DNA from: Candidatus Latescibacterota bacterium | Lineage (GTDB): Bacteria; Latescibacterota; CBDEFO01 | Reading direction: 5' to 3' | Assembly (NCBI GenBank): GCA_965237525.1 | Contig: CBDEFO010000007.1 | Coordinates: forward strand, 32,001-96,000 | DNA: 64,000 nt | Notes under the pieces: generated by a model | Databases searched by the model: none | What the model saw: only the letters and a program-made list of their open reading frames with translations | What the model was told of the DNA's origin: nothing | Made by a program: the position numbers and the translations under genes | Shown: positions 1 to 9,174 of the stretch, piece by piece | How positions within the stretch are numbered: position 1 is the first letter of the stretch | Layout of the letters: each line of letters opens with the position of its first letter

Positions 1-108
1 GCTCAAATTGGCGAGGTGGGAACCTTGGTAAACTGTGTCCAAGAATCCAAGTAAAGCTTCTCCTAACTATTGCTGATCGTTGTGGAATTTCGAACAGGAG
101 GACTCGAT

Positions 109-1107
109 ATGGCGAAAGATAAAATCAGGTGGGGTGTGTTGGGATGTGCCCGCATCGCTCTGAATTCTTTTCTTCCAGCATTAACAAGGTCCGAAACAGG
201 GAGCCTAGCCGCCATCGCCAGCCGTGACAGATCCAAGGCCGAAGCTGAGGGCGAGAAATTCGGGGCGGAGAGGTTCTACGGAAGCTACGAGGAGCTTTTG
301 GACTCTGGTGGCATAGATGTCCTCTATATTCCATTGCCCAACAATATGCACAAAGAATACACCCTCAAGGCTGCGCAAAGGGGCATACACGTCCTTTGCG
401 AAAAGCCGTTTGCTATAAACCAAAAGGAAGCCCTGGAAATGAAGGAAGCCTGCCGAAAAAATAGGGTCCGACTTATGAACGCCTTTATGTGGCACTTGGA
501 CCCCATGAATCAGCGGGCGCTTGAGATAGTACGTTTGGGAGAGATAGGAAAGATAAAATATATGAACGCTGCCTTTACCTCCAATTTCCCTAGACAGGAC
601 GATATCCGCCTGCAAAGAAAGATGGGAGGGGGGTCGCTTCTGGACGCCGGGGTCTATTGTGTCAACACCTTTCGACGTTTTATGAGGAAGGAACCGGTCG
701 AAGTGGTGGGCCTATCTGTTACTCCTACGCTCAAAGCAGACGTGGATGAGACATTTAGCGGCCTACTCCGCTTTGATGAAGATGAGATAGCTGCATTCGT
801 CGCCAGCTTCAGAATGAGCAGCGAGCACCGATACGAGATAGTAGGCGAAAAGGGGAGAATACGTTCTCCCAGCGGTCCGTGGCACCGTAAAGAACCGAAT
901 AGGATAGAGGTCATAACAGATGACAACGTCAGGGAGGAGAACTTCGAGGAGAACGATCCGTTCAAAAACGAAATCGAGTATTTTACAGGGTGTATTCAGT
1001 CCGATAAGGAGCCTGACCCAGGCGGAGAGGACGGTTACCTTGAAATGAAAGTGCTGGATACTCTTGTGGAGTCTGCTCTGATGGGAAAGAAGGTTGAGAT
1101 AAAATGA
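109..1107 (+). CDS. Gfo/Idh/MocA family NAD(P)-dependent oxidoreductase
   Basis: GVLGCARIA Rossmann start, HVLCEKP and GGGSLLDAGVY motifs; AGGAGG RBS before ATG 109. Confidence 0.9.
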   Translation: MAKDKIRWGVLGCARIALNSFLPALTRSETGSLAAIASRDRSKAEAEGEKFGAERFYGSYEELLDSGGIDVLYIPLPNNMHKEYTLKAAQRGIHVLCEKPFAINQKEALEMKEACRKNRVRLMNAFMWHLDPMNQRALEIVRLGEIGKIKYMNAAFTSNFPRQDDIRLQRKMGGGSLLDAGVYCVNTFRRFMRKEPVEVVGLSVTPTLKADVDETFSGLLRFDEDEIAAFVASFRMSSEHRYEIVGEKGRIRSPSGPWHRKEPNRIEVITDDNVREENFEENDPFKNEIEYFTGCIQSDKEPDPGGEDGYLEMKVLDTLVESALMGKKVEIK

Positions 1108-1121
1108 CGTTTACATTGTTG

Positions 1122-1144
1122 CCCCCGATAGATTCAATCGGGGG
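1122..1144. repeat. 23-bp palindrome (CCCCGATAGATTCAATCGGGG family), likely also a terminator between convergent genes
   Basis: CCCCCGATAGATTCAATCGGGGG; relatives at 26705, 27063, 48783 and 63788-63832. Confidence 0.75.
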
Positions 1145-2450
1145 TTCAATCGTTGTATGTACCTAACTGACGATACTCATTAAGCTTGTTTCTTAAGGTT
1201 CTGACGCTAATCCCGAGAACCTCTGAAGTTTTATCTTTGTGACTGTTTTGTTCTTTTAAGGTCTCCAGTATGAGGGTCTGTTCCACTTCTTTCAGAGTCT
1301 TGCCAGTCAGGTTGAATTTATTCCCGTTATGGGACGCAGGACGTGTCCTTTCGAACCGGAAGTCTTTGGGGGTTAGGATCTCAACTTTGCTCATCACAAC
1401 TGCCCGCTCTATGCTGTTTTCCAATTCCCTGATGTTCCCCGGCCAATCCATCTCTAACAAAAGATCCAACGCCTCATCCGAAAGCCCGTTAATTCTTTTT
1501 CCGTTCTCCTTGCTGTACTTGTTCATAAAGAACTCAGCCAGAAGCGGTATATCCTCTTTCCTCTCTCTTAAAGAAACCGGGAAGAGCGGGATTACGTTAA
1601 GTCTGTAGAAAAGGTCTTCTCGGAACCTTCCTGCCTCTATCTCCTGGTTTAGGTCTCTGTTGGAGGTGGCTATTATCCTCACATCCACGCTTACGCTCTT
1701 TTCCCCTCCGACCCTCTCAAACTCTCTTTCCTGAAGCACGCGCAGGAGCTTCCCCTGAAGCGACGGAGTTATCTCACTGACTTCATCTAAGAGCAGTGTC
1801 CCGCCGTGTGCCATCTCGAACTTCCCCTTAGTCTGACGGATGGCACCTGTGAAGGCACCTTTCTCATGCCCGAACAGTTCGCTTTCCACCAGGCCTTCGG
1901 GCAGGGCAGCACAGTTTATCTTGATGAAGGGGTTGTCTCTCCTGTTGCTGTTGTAGTGGATAGCCTTGGCTATGACCTCCTTGCCTGTCCCGCTCTCCCC
2001 TTGTATGAGGATAGTGGCTCTGGTGGATGCCGCCACCTCTATAGTCTCAAAGACCTCTTGCATCTTTGGGCTCGTTCCGACTATTATGTTGTCGAACCTG
2101 TACTTACCCCTCAGTTCCGATCTAAGGTATCTGTTTTCGTCTATGAGCTTTTTGAGTTCGAATATCTTAGAGACTCTGACTTCTATCTCGTCAGCTGAAA
2201 AGGGCTTGGTAACGTAATTGCGGGCGCCGTCTTTCATCGCCTCGACAGCGTTGTTTATCGTTCCGTAGGCTGTTACTATTATGACATCTGTGGAGGGAGA
2301 AATCTCTTTCGCCGCGTGTAATACTTCCATCCCGTCTGCGCCCGGCATCTTCAAATCTGTCAATATCAGATCGTAGGAACCTGATGTGATCTTGCTAATC
2401 GCTTGTTTTCCATCTGCTGCAAGATCGATCTGGAAACTCTTTCTTTCTAA

Positions 2451-3969
2451 AAGCCTTGTGAAATAGTTATGTCCCAGGCAGCGTCTGAAGCGCCGATTAT
2501 GGGTCAAAGAGTAGCATATCGTATCGTTTTGCTGTGGAATAAGCAAAATAGTCTTATCAGAGTTCTGGTCAGCAAGGAATAGGAGCTGTTTGAAGAACAG
2601 GATGCACTGTCTTTGGCAGACAGGGCACACATAGACGCTTTCCCCCTTCTTATGAAAGATACAAGCCTCTTGAGATTCTGTACTGTTGCAACAAGATTCA
2701 ACTGTTCATTCAGTGAGGCTGGTCCTCTGTAACGGGCTCGTCCCATACCGTGTTGTTGCCTGGCTTCAGCAAAGATATGTTCACTGCGTTTACGGAGTCT
2801 CCGGGAGAGTTTGTAGTCAGCTGTTAATGAGATAGACCGTGCATGATTTCTGGCTTTCGCCTCTCGCACTTTTCTATCCCGTTCGGCCTGAATATGTGCT
2901 GAATTTGTCTTGTTTTTCCATGTAGGAATCGGTTCAATCTTCTCATCGGCTCGCAGAGGAATATGGGGTATGATTCCCCGGTCAAGTACATCAGCGATAA
3001 AATTACCAGAACCGTAACCGGTATCGGCACTAAGTGTCTGAATGTCTTTGGGCATGGTGTATGTTTCAAGGTCATCTACCATCTTAAGGGCACTTTCGGG
3101 CTCTGCTGTCCCTGTCGCCTGCGTGCCCTGAGTCTCAAGGATTACTCTGCTTTTTGTGTCGATCAGATCATGGCCCATAAACGAGAGAAAAGCCCCTTTG
3201 CCCTTCGATTTGCTGTATAAGCGCGCGTCGGGGTCTGTAGTCGAACGGTGTGTTTGGTTCGTCCACTTTTCACCATGAAAGTCTTTATCCTGAGGATGCC
3301 CGGACCTACCCTTTGTCTTATCACCTTCAAAACCGATTCCCTTGAGATAATCATCAAGAGAAACAGGGGGTTCTATCGGCTCAATACTTTTCACTGAAGC
3401 ATCAGCTTGTATCTGAGTGCCGTCGACACTAAGGTGTTTACCGCTTACAAGACCGACATCTATGCAACACTGGACTACCTGACGCATTATCCGTTCAAAC
3501 AACCCACTGGATGCCCACTTGTGATTGCGAAGCTTGTTGATCGTGCTCCTATCCGGAACCGCATCATCAAATGTCTGATGACAAAACAACCGATATGCCG
3601 CATGCATCCCCACTTCCTGACAGAGCCGATTCTCACTCAAATTATACAGATAGCCAATAAGGATCATTCGAACAACTAATTCAGGATCAATACCGGGTCT
3701 GCCATTGTCAGGGCAATAACAATCTGATACAACGTCTCGTACAAATGAAAAATCAACTGCCTCATCAATCTGACGAAGGATATGATCCTCGGGAACTAAA
3801 TCCTCCATCTGAAAATAGTGAAACATCGGATTTGTCTGTTCCTGCTCTTGTGGGGTCATTGTTTCCTCCATGTATAATATTATCAATAACATAATATAAT
3901 ACATCGGAGCTGCTTTATCAATGCTTGTTCTATACTACTTTCTGAATCTAAGGGTTTTTCACAAGGCTT
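2451..3969 (-). mobile_element. IS1182/IS5-like insertion sequence, copy 1 (1519 bp)
   Basis: IRs AAGCCTTGTGAAA / TTTCACAAGGCTT; CTAA duplicated at 2447-2450 and 3970-3973. Confidence 0.95.
2504..3859 (-). CDS. DDE transposase (IS1182/IS5-like), intact
   Basis: DHILRQID...GRPGIDP N-terminal block, SVDGTQIQADAS, STTDPDA, ADTGYG, RSEHIFAEARQQHG; GGAGG RBS before ATG 3859. Confidence 0.9.
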   Translation of the reverse strand: MTPQEQEQTNPMFHYFQMEDLVPEDHILRQIDEAVDFSFVRDVVSDCYCPDNGRPGIDPELVVRMILIGYLYNLSENRLCQEVGMHAAYRLFCHQTFDDAVPDRSTINKLRNHKWASSGLFERIMRQVVQCCIDVGLVSGKHLSVDGTQIQADASVKSIEPIEPPVSLDDYLKGIGFEGDKTKGRSGHPQDKDFHGEKWTNQTHRSTTDPDARLYSKSKGKGAFLSFMGHDLIDTKSRVILETQGTQATGTAEPESALKMVDDLETYTMPKDIQTLSADTGYGSGNFIADVLDRGIIPHIPLRADEKIEPIPTWKNKTNSAHIQAERDRKVREAKARNHARSISLTADYKLSRRLRKRSEHIFAEARQQHGMGRARYRGPASLNEQLNLVATVQNLKRLVSFIRRGKASMCALSAKDSASCSSNSSYSLLTRTLIRLFCLFHSKTIRYATL

Positions 3970-4130
3970 CTAAGACTTCTTTGAGAAAATCTCTCATTAG
4001 TGGCTCATCATCTACTACGAGGATGCATCCTTCCGACATGTCTGCTCCTTATTTACGATGGGCCCGATAATTAGTCTTATTATTCTTCTATTTCCCCAAA
4101 GAGTTCCTGAATACTTTTGGGGGACCTTAG

Positions 4131-4303
4131 CGGCGAGCTAAATGAGAATGCTTTGCTGAACCTTCGGAGATTCTGCACTTGGCTCTGGGCTAAAGGTTCT
4201 GCACTTCGGCTTGTGATGATGCAGCCTGCTCTTGTCTTCAGTCACTGCGAAGTGCCAGACCGCGACCCCTTAAGGAGTTGCCAAGCAGAACCGATCTCAA
4301 AAG
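4131..4303. repeat. Non-coding leader element A (homologous to elements B and C)
   Basis: Colinear blocks shared with 6720-6874. Confidence 0.6.
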
Positions 4304-4465
4304 CTTTCTCCTGCTGCAAGACAGAGTGATCGTTCGACGTGTTTGGGGGTTGTCCCTCATTACAATGCAGGGCTCAGGACGGTTTCACAGGATCGGGAAA
4401 AATCTTTTCTTATTCTGTAAATGTATCTAAAAATCAGTGTAATTGTCAAGAGCTTTCAAAGGATT

Positions 4466-5674
4466 CTATGCATAACAAGGAAGAGTGACCACCAATGTGG
4501 CTCCCACTCCTGGCTTGCTTTCTACTTCCACCGAGCCGTCATGCGACCGCAGTATCTTTTCGACTATAGCCAATCCCAAACCTGTTCCCTTCTGTTTGGT
4601 GGTGAAGAAGGGGCTGAATATCTGATCTCTGTCCTTGTGCAAGATCCCCGGCCCTGTGTCTGATATTTTCACGCTTGCGAAATCCTGATGCCCGTCGCTG
4701 TGAGATTCTACTTCTACATTTAGCCTTCCGCCCTTAGGCATCGCGTGGAAGGCGTTCTTAAAGAGGTTAGAAAGGGCCTGTAGCATTAGTTCAGGATCGG
4801 CCTCAACATATATTGCTTTTTGAGGGAAATCCCTTATTATCTCAAATTGTTGCAGGGCTTCCTCTGTCTCTGTTTGAACGCTTAAGAGGGCGCTTTCTAC
4901 TGTTGAAGCAATATCTAACTTTTCCTTCTTCGGCTCCAGGGGACTTGTAAAGACTAGAAGATTATGAATGATCCCCTCCAGGCTGGACACACCTTGGATA
5001 ATCTTTCTGGCCATCTTATTTCTGGGGTCATCCCTTCCCAGGTCTCTCTCCAGAAGGCTGGCAAAGCCTCCTATCCCACAGAGCGGATTACGTATTTCGT
5101 GTGCGATCAGCGCAGCCATTTCACCCAAAACAGCAAGCGTCCTTGCCTTTTGGATTCTTTGCTCTAAGTTCCTCAGAACAGCGATGTCCCTTAATATCTC
5201 CACGGCTCCTAAGATCTTTCCGTTGTTGTCAGTTACCAAAGATGTGCTGAATTCTACCGGCAGACTCTCTCCTGTTTTGGTTACGATCAACTTTTCCTGA
5301 CCTGCCGCCAGGTGGTCCGATACTAGGGTATACAAGGGTGTGTCTTTGTAGTCCAGAGAGTCCCCGAAAAGATCAAGGTATTTGGAGTTTAGGGCTTCAT
5401 CCGATGAGTATCCCGTGATTTCCTCAGCCTTCTTGTTAAAAAGAGTGATTTTTCCTTCCAGGTCTACAACCAGCACAGCGGCGTTAATGCTCTCCAGGAT
5501 GCTGTCGAGGTAATCGGTTGCATTTTGGTCATTCTGAGCTGGTCCTTCTTCGTGACTCTTATTGCCTAGTTTGAAATTGACATCTGCCAGTTTCTGGGCC
5601 AGTTCCAGATAGTCGGTCCTTAATTTGTCCATCGTGCTGTTGAAGCTCATGAAAGTTTCTTCAAAGGGCTTCAT
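4466..5674 (-). CDS. PAS-domain sensor histidine kinase (FleS/AtoS-like)
   Basis: PAS, H-box AHEIRNPL, N-box NLFKNA, DTGPGI, F-box and GTGLGL. Confidence 0.92.
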   Translation of the reverse strand: MKPFEETFMSFNSTMDKLRTDYLELAQKLADVNFKLGNKSHEEGPAQNDQNATDYLDSILESINAAVLVVDLEGKITLFNKKAEEITGYSSDEALNSKYLDLFGDSLDYKDTPLYTLVSDHLAAGQEKLIVTKTGESLPVEFSTSLVTDNNGKILGAVEILRDIAVLRNLEQRIQKARTLAVLGEMAALIAHEIRNPLCGIGGFASLLERDLGRDDPRNKMARKIIQGVSSLEGIIHNLLVFTSPLEPKKEKLDIASTVESALLSVQTETEEALQQFEIIRDFPQKAIYVEADPELMLQALSNLFKNAFHAMPKGGRLNVEVESHSDGHQDFASVKISDTGPGILHKDRDQIFSPFFTTKQKGTGLGLAIVEKILRSHDGSVEVESKPGVGATLVVTLPCYA

Positions 5675-5692
5675 CTTAAGTAGCCTTTCCGA

Positions 5693-5850
5693 TTAGATAC
5701 CCGCTAGTACCCGTTCTATTTTCTCCTTCGACACGCAAGCTATAGAAGGTTTGATCACATAGTTGTTCACGCCCGCTTTCATAGCTTCTACTATATACTC
5801 CGGGATGCTCCCTGTGTTGTCATAGGTATAGCTAGATCCTTCAAGTCACC
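5693..5850 (-). pseudogene. CheY-like receiver, C-terminal remnant
   Basis: Reads DLKDLAIPMTT / EYIVEAMKAGVNNYVIKP...KEKIERVLAGI* across a frameshift; no N-terminal half. Confidence 0.6.
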
Positions 5851-5895
5851 GTCGCCGTTTCGCCGGTCCCTCAGCAAGCTATCAGGCAATCTGTT

Positions 5896-6349
5896 TTATA
5901 CTTTCCAGGCGATCCTCGGACGCCTTGAGTTTTTCCAAGTGGATGCGATTTTCCTGAAACTGTATCTTTGTGTTGCCATCTCGTACTGCTTTACAGACCG
6001 CTCCACCGTATGCAACACCTCTGGTATGCCGAACGGCTTCACTATGTAGTCATATGCTCCCTCTCTCAGCGCCTCCACCGCAGAGTTGTAGCTCGGATAG
6101 GCGGTCATTATTATTACGGGGATTTCCTCATCTTTTGCGCCTATGGCCGACGTGACTTCCAGTCCGTCTACTCCCGGCATCTTGAGATCCACTAACGCGG
6201 TGTGAAATGTCTCTTCTTTAATCATCTCGATCGCCTCTTGGCCATTTTTCAGCTAAAAGGACGCTGTAGCCTCGACTGGTCAAAGAGCGACGCAGAAGAT
6301 CTCTTATCAAGAGCTCGTCGTCTACTACCAAAACTGTCGTGATTTCCAC
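5896..6349 (-). pseudogene. Response regulator receiver protein, frameshifted
   Basis: GTG 6349 with AGGAGG gives VLVVDDE; one extra base in the T5 run 6245-6249 separates it from DLKMPGVDG...YIVKPF. Confidence 0.8.
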
Positions 6350-6629
6350 AGTCCTCACCTCCTTTCTATAATCTCTGCCAATCCACTATACCTTTGATCG
6401 GAAAAGCTCCGCTTTCAGAAAGGTCTCTAGTGTGTGACATATCTCTTTCAATGCCCTTTGTGTCAGTTGTGCAATGAATTCGAGGTTCGACCAACCTGGG
6501 GTGGTACTTCACATTTGACTTTTCCACTTTCAGGTTTAAGCCTTGCAGACTTAAGCCTGTATGGAATTAAATATCAGCTCAAAATAGTCCGGACAAATTG
6601 TAGAGATACAAAATAGTAAAGAGGTTCAC

Positions 6630-6874
6630 TTAGATAGCTTGGCACACGTCGCTACTTCTTGGCTTGCTGGCAATTATTGCCCCTGAGAAACGAGGTGGCA
6701 GCAGCGCACGGAGTACCCACGGCGCCTGAAAATGAGACTGCTTGGCTTCGTCCCTCTGTTCATTGCAGTAAAGCTTGTGGTCTCTTGCCTGCACTACCCA
6801 GCAGGCGCCGCCGCCCCGACCCCGTCAGGAGTTGCGACCCCGCAGGAGACGCTAATCGGAACGAATCTCAAAGG
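6630..6874. repeat. Non-coding leader element B
   Basis: Left part matches element C and right part matches element A. Confidence 0.6.
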
Positions 6875-6933
6875 AGATCCCTGTCTAATTATGTCCGATA
6901 AGTTTTGTCAAGCTACTTAGCTGTCTTGTTGCC

Positions 6934-7290
6934 TCAGTGCAGAAGATCGTCTACTACCTTCTTAACAGTGTCTATGTCGAACGGTTTCTGCAAAAAGCCG
7001 TCAGCTTTACACCTCTTGATTTCCTCGAGGCTCTCTCCAACGCCGAGAGCAGCTATAATAACTACGGGCAGCTCTGGAGATTTCTCCTTGATAGTCCTGA
7101 GGAGGGTAAGTCCATCCATCCTGGGCATGTATATATCCGTGATAACCAGTCCGAACTTTCTGTTTTCCATCGTGTGGAGGGCCTCCTGACCATCGCAGGC
7201 AGTAGCGACCGTGTATCCTGATTCTCCTAACACGGCAGTGAGTACCTCTACTATCCCTTCCTCATCATCGACTACCAAAATATCTTCCAT
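6934..7290 (-). CDS. Single-domain response regulator
   Basis: ILVVDDE, TDIYMPRMDG, FLQKPF. Confidence 0.88.
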   Translation of the reverse strand: MEDILVVDDEEGIVEVLTAVLGESGYTVATACDGQEALHTMENRKFGLVITDIYMPRMDGLTLLRTIKEKSPELPVVIIAALGVGESLEEIKRCKADGFLQKPFDIDTVKKVVDDLLH

Positions 7291-7304
7291 CCTCTTTCCC
7301 TTTA

Positions 7305-8000
7305 TCACGATCCAGTCTCGTTCTCACTTTTGTCTTCTCTTTCCTTAGACTCAGACTTTTCTACATCTATCATGGTTACTCCACCGTGATATTCCACTAC
7401 CTCCGCTTTGATAAGCTCAGATAACTTCCATACTACATCGTGTATCTTAAGGCAGGACTCCTGGATAGCCTTCAATCTTGAGACGGTGTTACTCTTTCCG
7501 GAATTCGAGTTTGCCAAAAGGAGCTGGGCGTTTCCCAAAATGACGTTCAGAGGGTTGTTTATCTCGTGATTCAAGGTAACTGCAGTACTGCTGATTGCTT
7601 CTGTTTGTGCTAACTGGATGAGTTCATCTACCGATGTTTTGAAGTTCAATGCTCCCTCTACAGCGGACACTAAGGCCTTCTCTTTAACAAGCTTAGTTAC
7701 GTAACTACAAGCAACGTCTGAAATGACCTGAGCCTCCGTTTCTTCTGCAGTCTTGGGAATAATAGATAAGATGGGTGTTAAGGGACTATTTTTCCTAATT
7801 TGCTTTATGATTTCTCCTTTGCTTTCTGCGTCTGCATCAACCACGAACAGACTAAAGTCATCGCTGTATTGGGTGTTCTGGTCCTCTTCTACACTTGAGA
7901 TCCCAATTACATCGTATTTTCGTTCTTTCAGGAGTCCTTCGATTCGTCTTTGAGTCGAATTCCCCGCTCCGATGACCAATATCTTTGTCTGATGTGACAA
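7305..8000 (-). CDS. Degenerate receiver domain plus HisKA dimerisation domain (no ATPase domain)
   Basis: Receiver-like N-terminus lacking the DD pocket; TLNHEINNPL H-box. Confidence 0.7.
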   Translation of the reverse strand: MSHQTKILVIGAGNSTQRRIEGLLKERKYDVIGISSVEEDQNTQYSDDFSLFVVDADAESKGEIIKQIRKNSPLTPILSIIPKTAEETEAQVISDVACSYVTKLVKEKALVSAVEGALNFKTSVDELIQLAQTEAISSTAVTLNHEINNPLNVILGNAQLLLANSNSGKSNTVSRLKAIQESCLKIHDVVWKLSELIKAEVVEYHGGVTMIDVEKSESKEREDKSENETGS

Positions 8001-8129
8001 AATTTAACCTTTCTGAACGAACTGAGACACTGCGGTCACCTGAAATCTTTAAAATAAAATGAAACACAGTCGCAAGATGTGGGGTTGAACAAACGATACC
8101 AGATCAAGAAGTGGCACCAAAATTCAGCA

Positions 8130-8263
8130 TTAGATAGTTTACGCACCGGGGCACTTCGTGCTTTGCTGCCTGCTCTCCCCAGCAAAGCACCCACGGCGCT
8201 CAGCCCTTGGGACGACTACTTCGTGGCTTGTTGCTTCCACATCTTAACTATGCCCGCACTGCC
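8130..8263. repeat. Non-coding leader element C
   Basis: TTAGATAG, ACCCACGGCGC, CTACTTCnTGGCTTGnTG and TGCCYGCACTRCC shared with element B. Confidence 0.6.
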
Positions 8264-8444
8264 ACGGAGCCTCGCGCCTACGCGGTGTTCGATCAGTGCT
8301 CGCTTATTTCCAAAACGAAAACTACTTCACCCTGGCACTATACCTGAATCAGTAGCATTTGACAATGTGATCTCAATAAAACCGGCTCAATTGAATTCTG
8401 GGTTATATACCCAGAGAGAGGGTTGTTTACTAAAACAGTTCAGA

Positions 8445-9127
8445 TCAAGTTGCCAAAAATAACACAACAACGCGCCGGTTTTTCACCTGATTTTCCAGGA
8501 TGGGAGAGCCATCCTCGGCGTTGTGGGGGACTTCGGGTCTCGTATCGGCGTACCCCACTACTCTCAGCCGCTCTGCAGGGACCCCCTTATCTATAAAGAA
8601 TTTGACTACACTGCTGGCTCTGGAGGCTGAAAGTTCCCAATTGGAGGGGAATATAGGCGAAGATATAGGTATGTTATCCGTATGTCCTTCAATAGCGATG
8701 TTGTAGGGGATCTTTTTTATCTCTTCTGCGATCTCTGATAAAATCGGCTTAGCCGTTTGCCGCAGAGTTGCTTTTCCCAACTTAAACAGGACACCCCCCT
8801 AAGGTTCAGGGCAACTCCTCTATTTGTCATCTTGACATCGACCTTATCCTCAAGTCCTTTATCCGCCACCACCTTAGTAATCTTCTGGTGGAGTTCTGGG
8901 AGAGATATTTGGATTTCCGCTTCATCTATCTCCCCCATAGCGCCCGCCATAGACTGAGCTACCTGACCAAATTTCACGGGGTTTATCTCAGACATCGCCA
9001 CAATGATTATGAAAAAGCACAGTACGAGCGTCACCATATCGGCATAGGATATGAGCCAGTCGTCGCCCTCATCCTCTGCTTTCCCCTGCGCTAAAGACAA
9101 ATCCTTGTCTTTGTCTGAATCATTCAT
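8445..9127 (-). pseudogene. motB: Flagellar stator MotB (OmpA-like PG-binding), frameshifted
   Basis: WLISYADMVTLVLCFF TM motif, IEGHTD, SNWELSASRA, NRRV; one base missing in the C6 run 8794-8799; no motA adjacent. Confidence 0.88.
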
Positions 9128-9174
9128 AAAGTAATCCTCATCTCAAGTAGATAGTAAGGAGTAGAGGTTATTTA

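Larger units (their letters stand above)
1146..4039 (-). pseudogene. Sigma54-dependent NtrC/AtoC/FleR-type response regulator interrupted by IS copy 1
   Basis: N-terminus MSEGCILVVDDEPLMRDFLKEVL (4039-3971, AAGGAG RBS) rejoins ERKSFQIDLAADG in frame when the IS and one CTAA are removed; GESGTGKE, GAFTGA, LDEV, WPGNIREL and Fis-type HTH. Confidence 0.93.

Noticed and set aside
6732..6920. Small exported protein encoded in element B
   Set aside because: The homologous stretch in element A has stops and a frame break, and there is no clear RBS
6639..8127. Sigma54 promoters at TTGGCACACGTCGC (6639) and TGGCACCAAAATTCA (8112)
   Set aside because: Wrong GG-GC spacing or no -12 GC, and they point away from the local genes
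4131..8263. Assigning the leader elements to c-di-GMP-I/II, glycine or glnA riboswitches
   Set aside because: The conserved blocks do not occur in the order required by those consensus models as I recall them; needs cmscan
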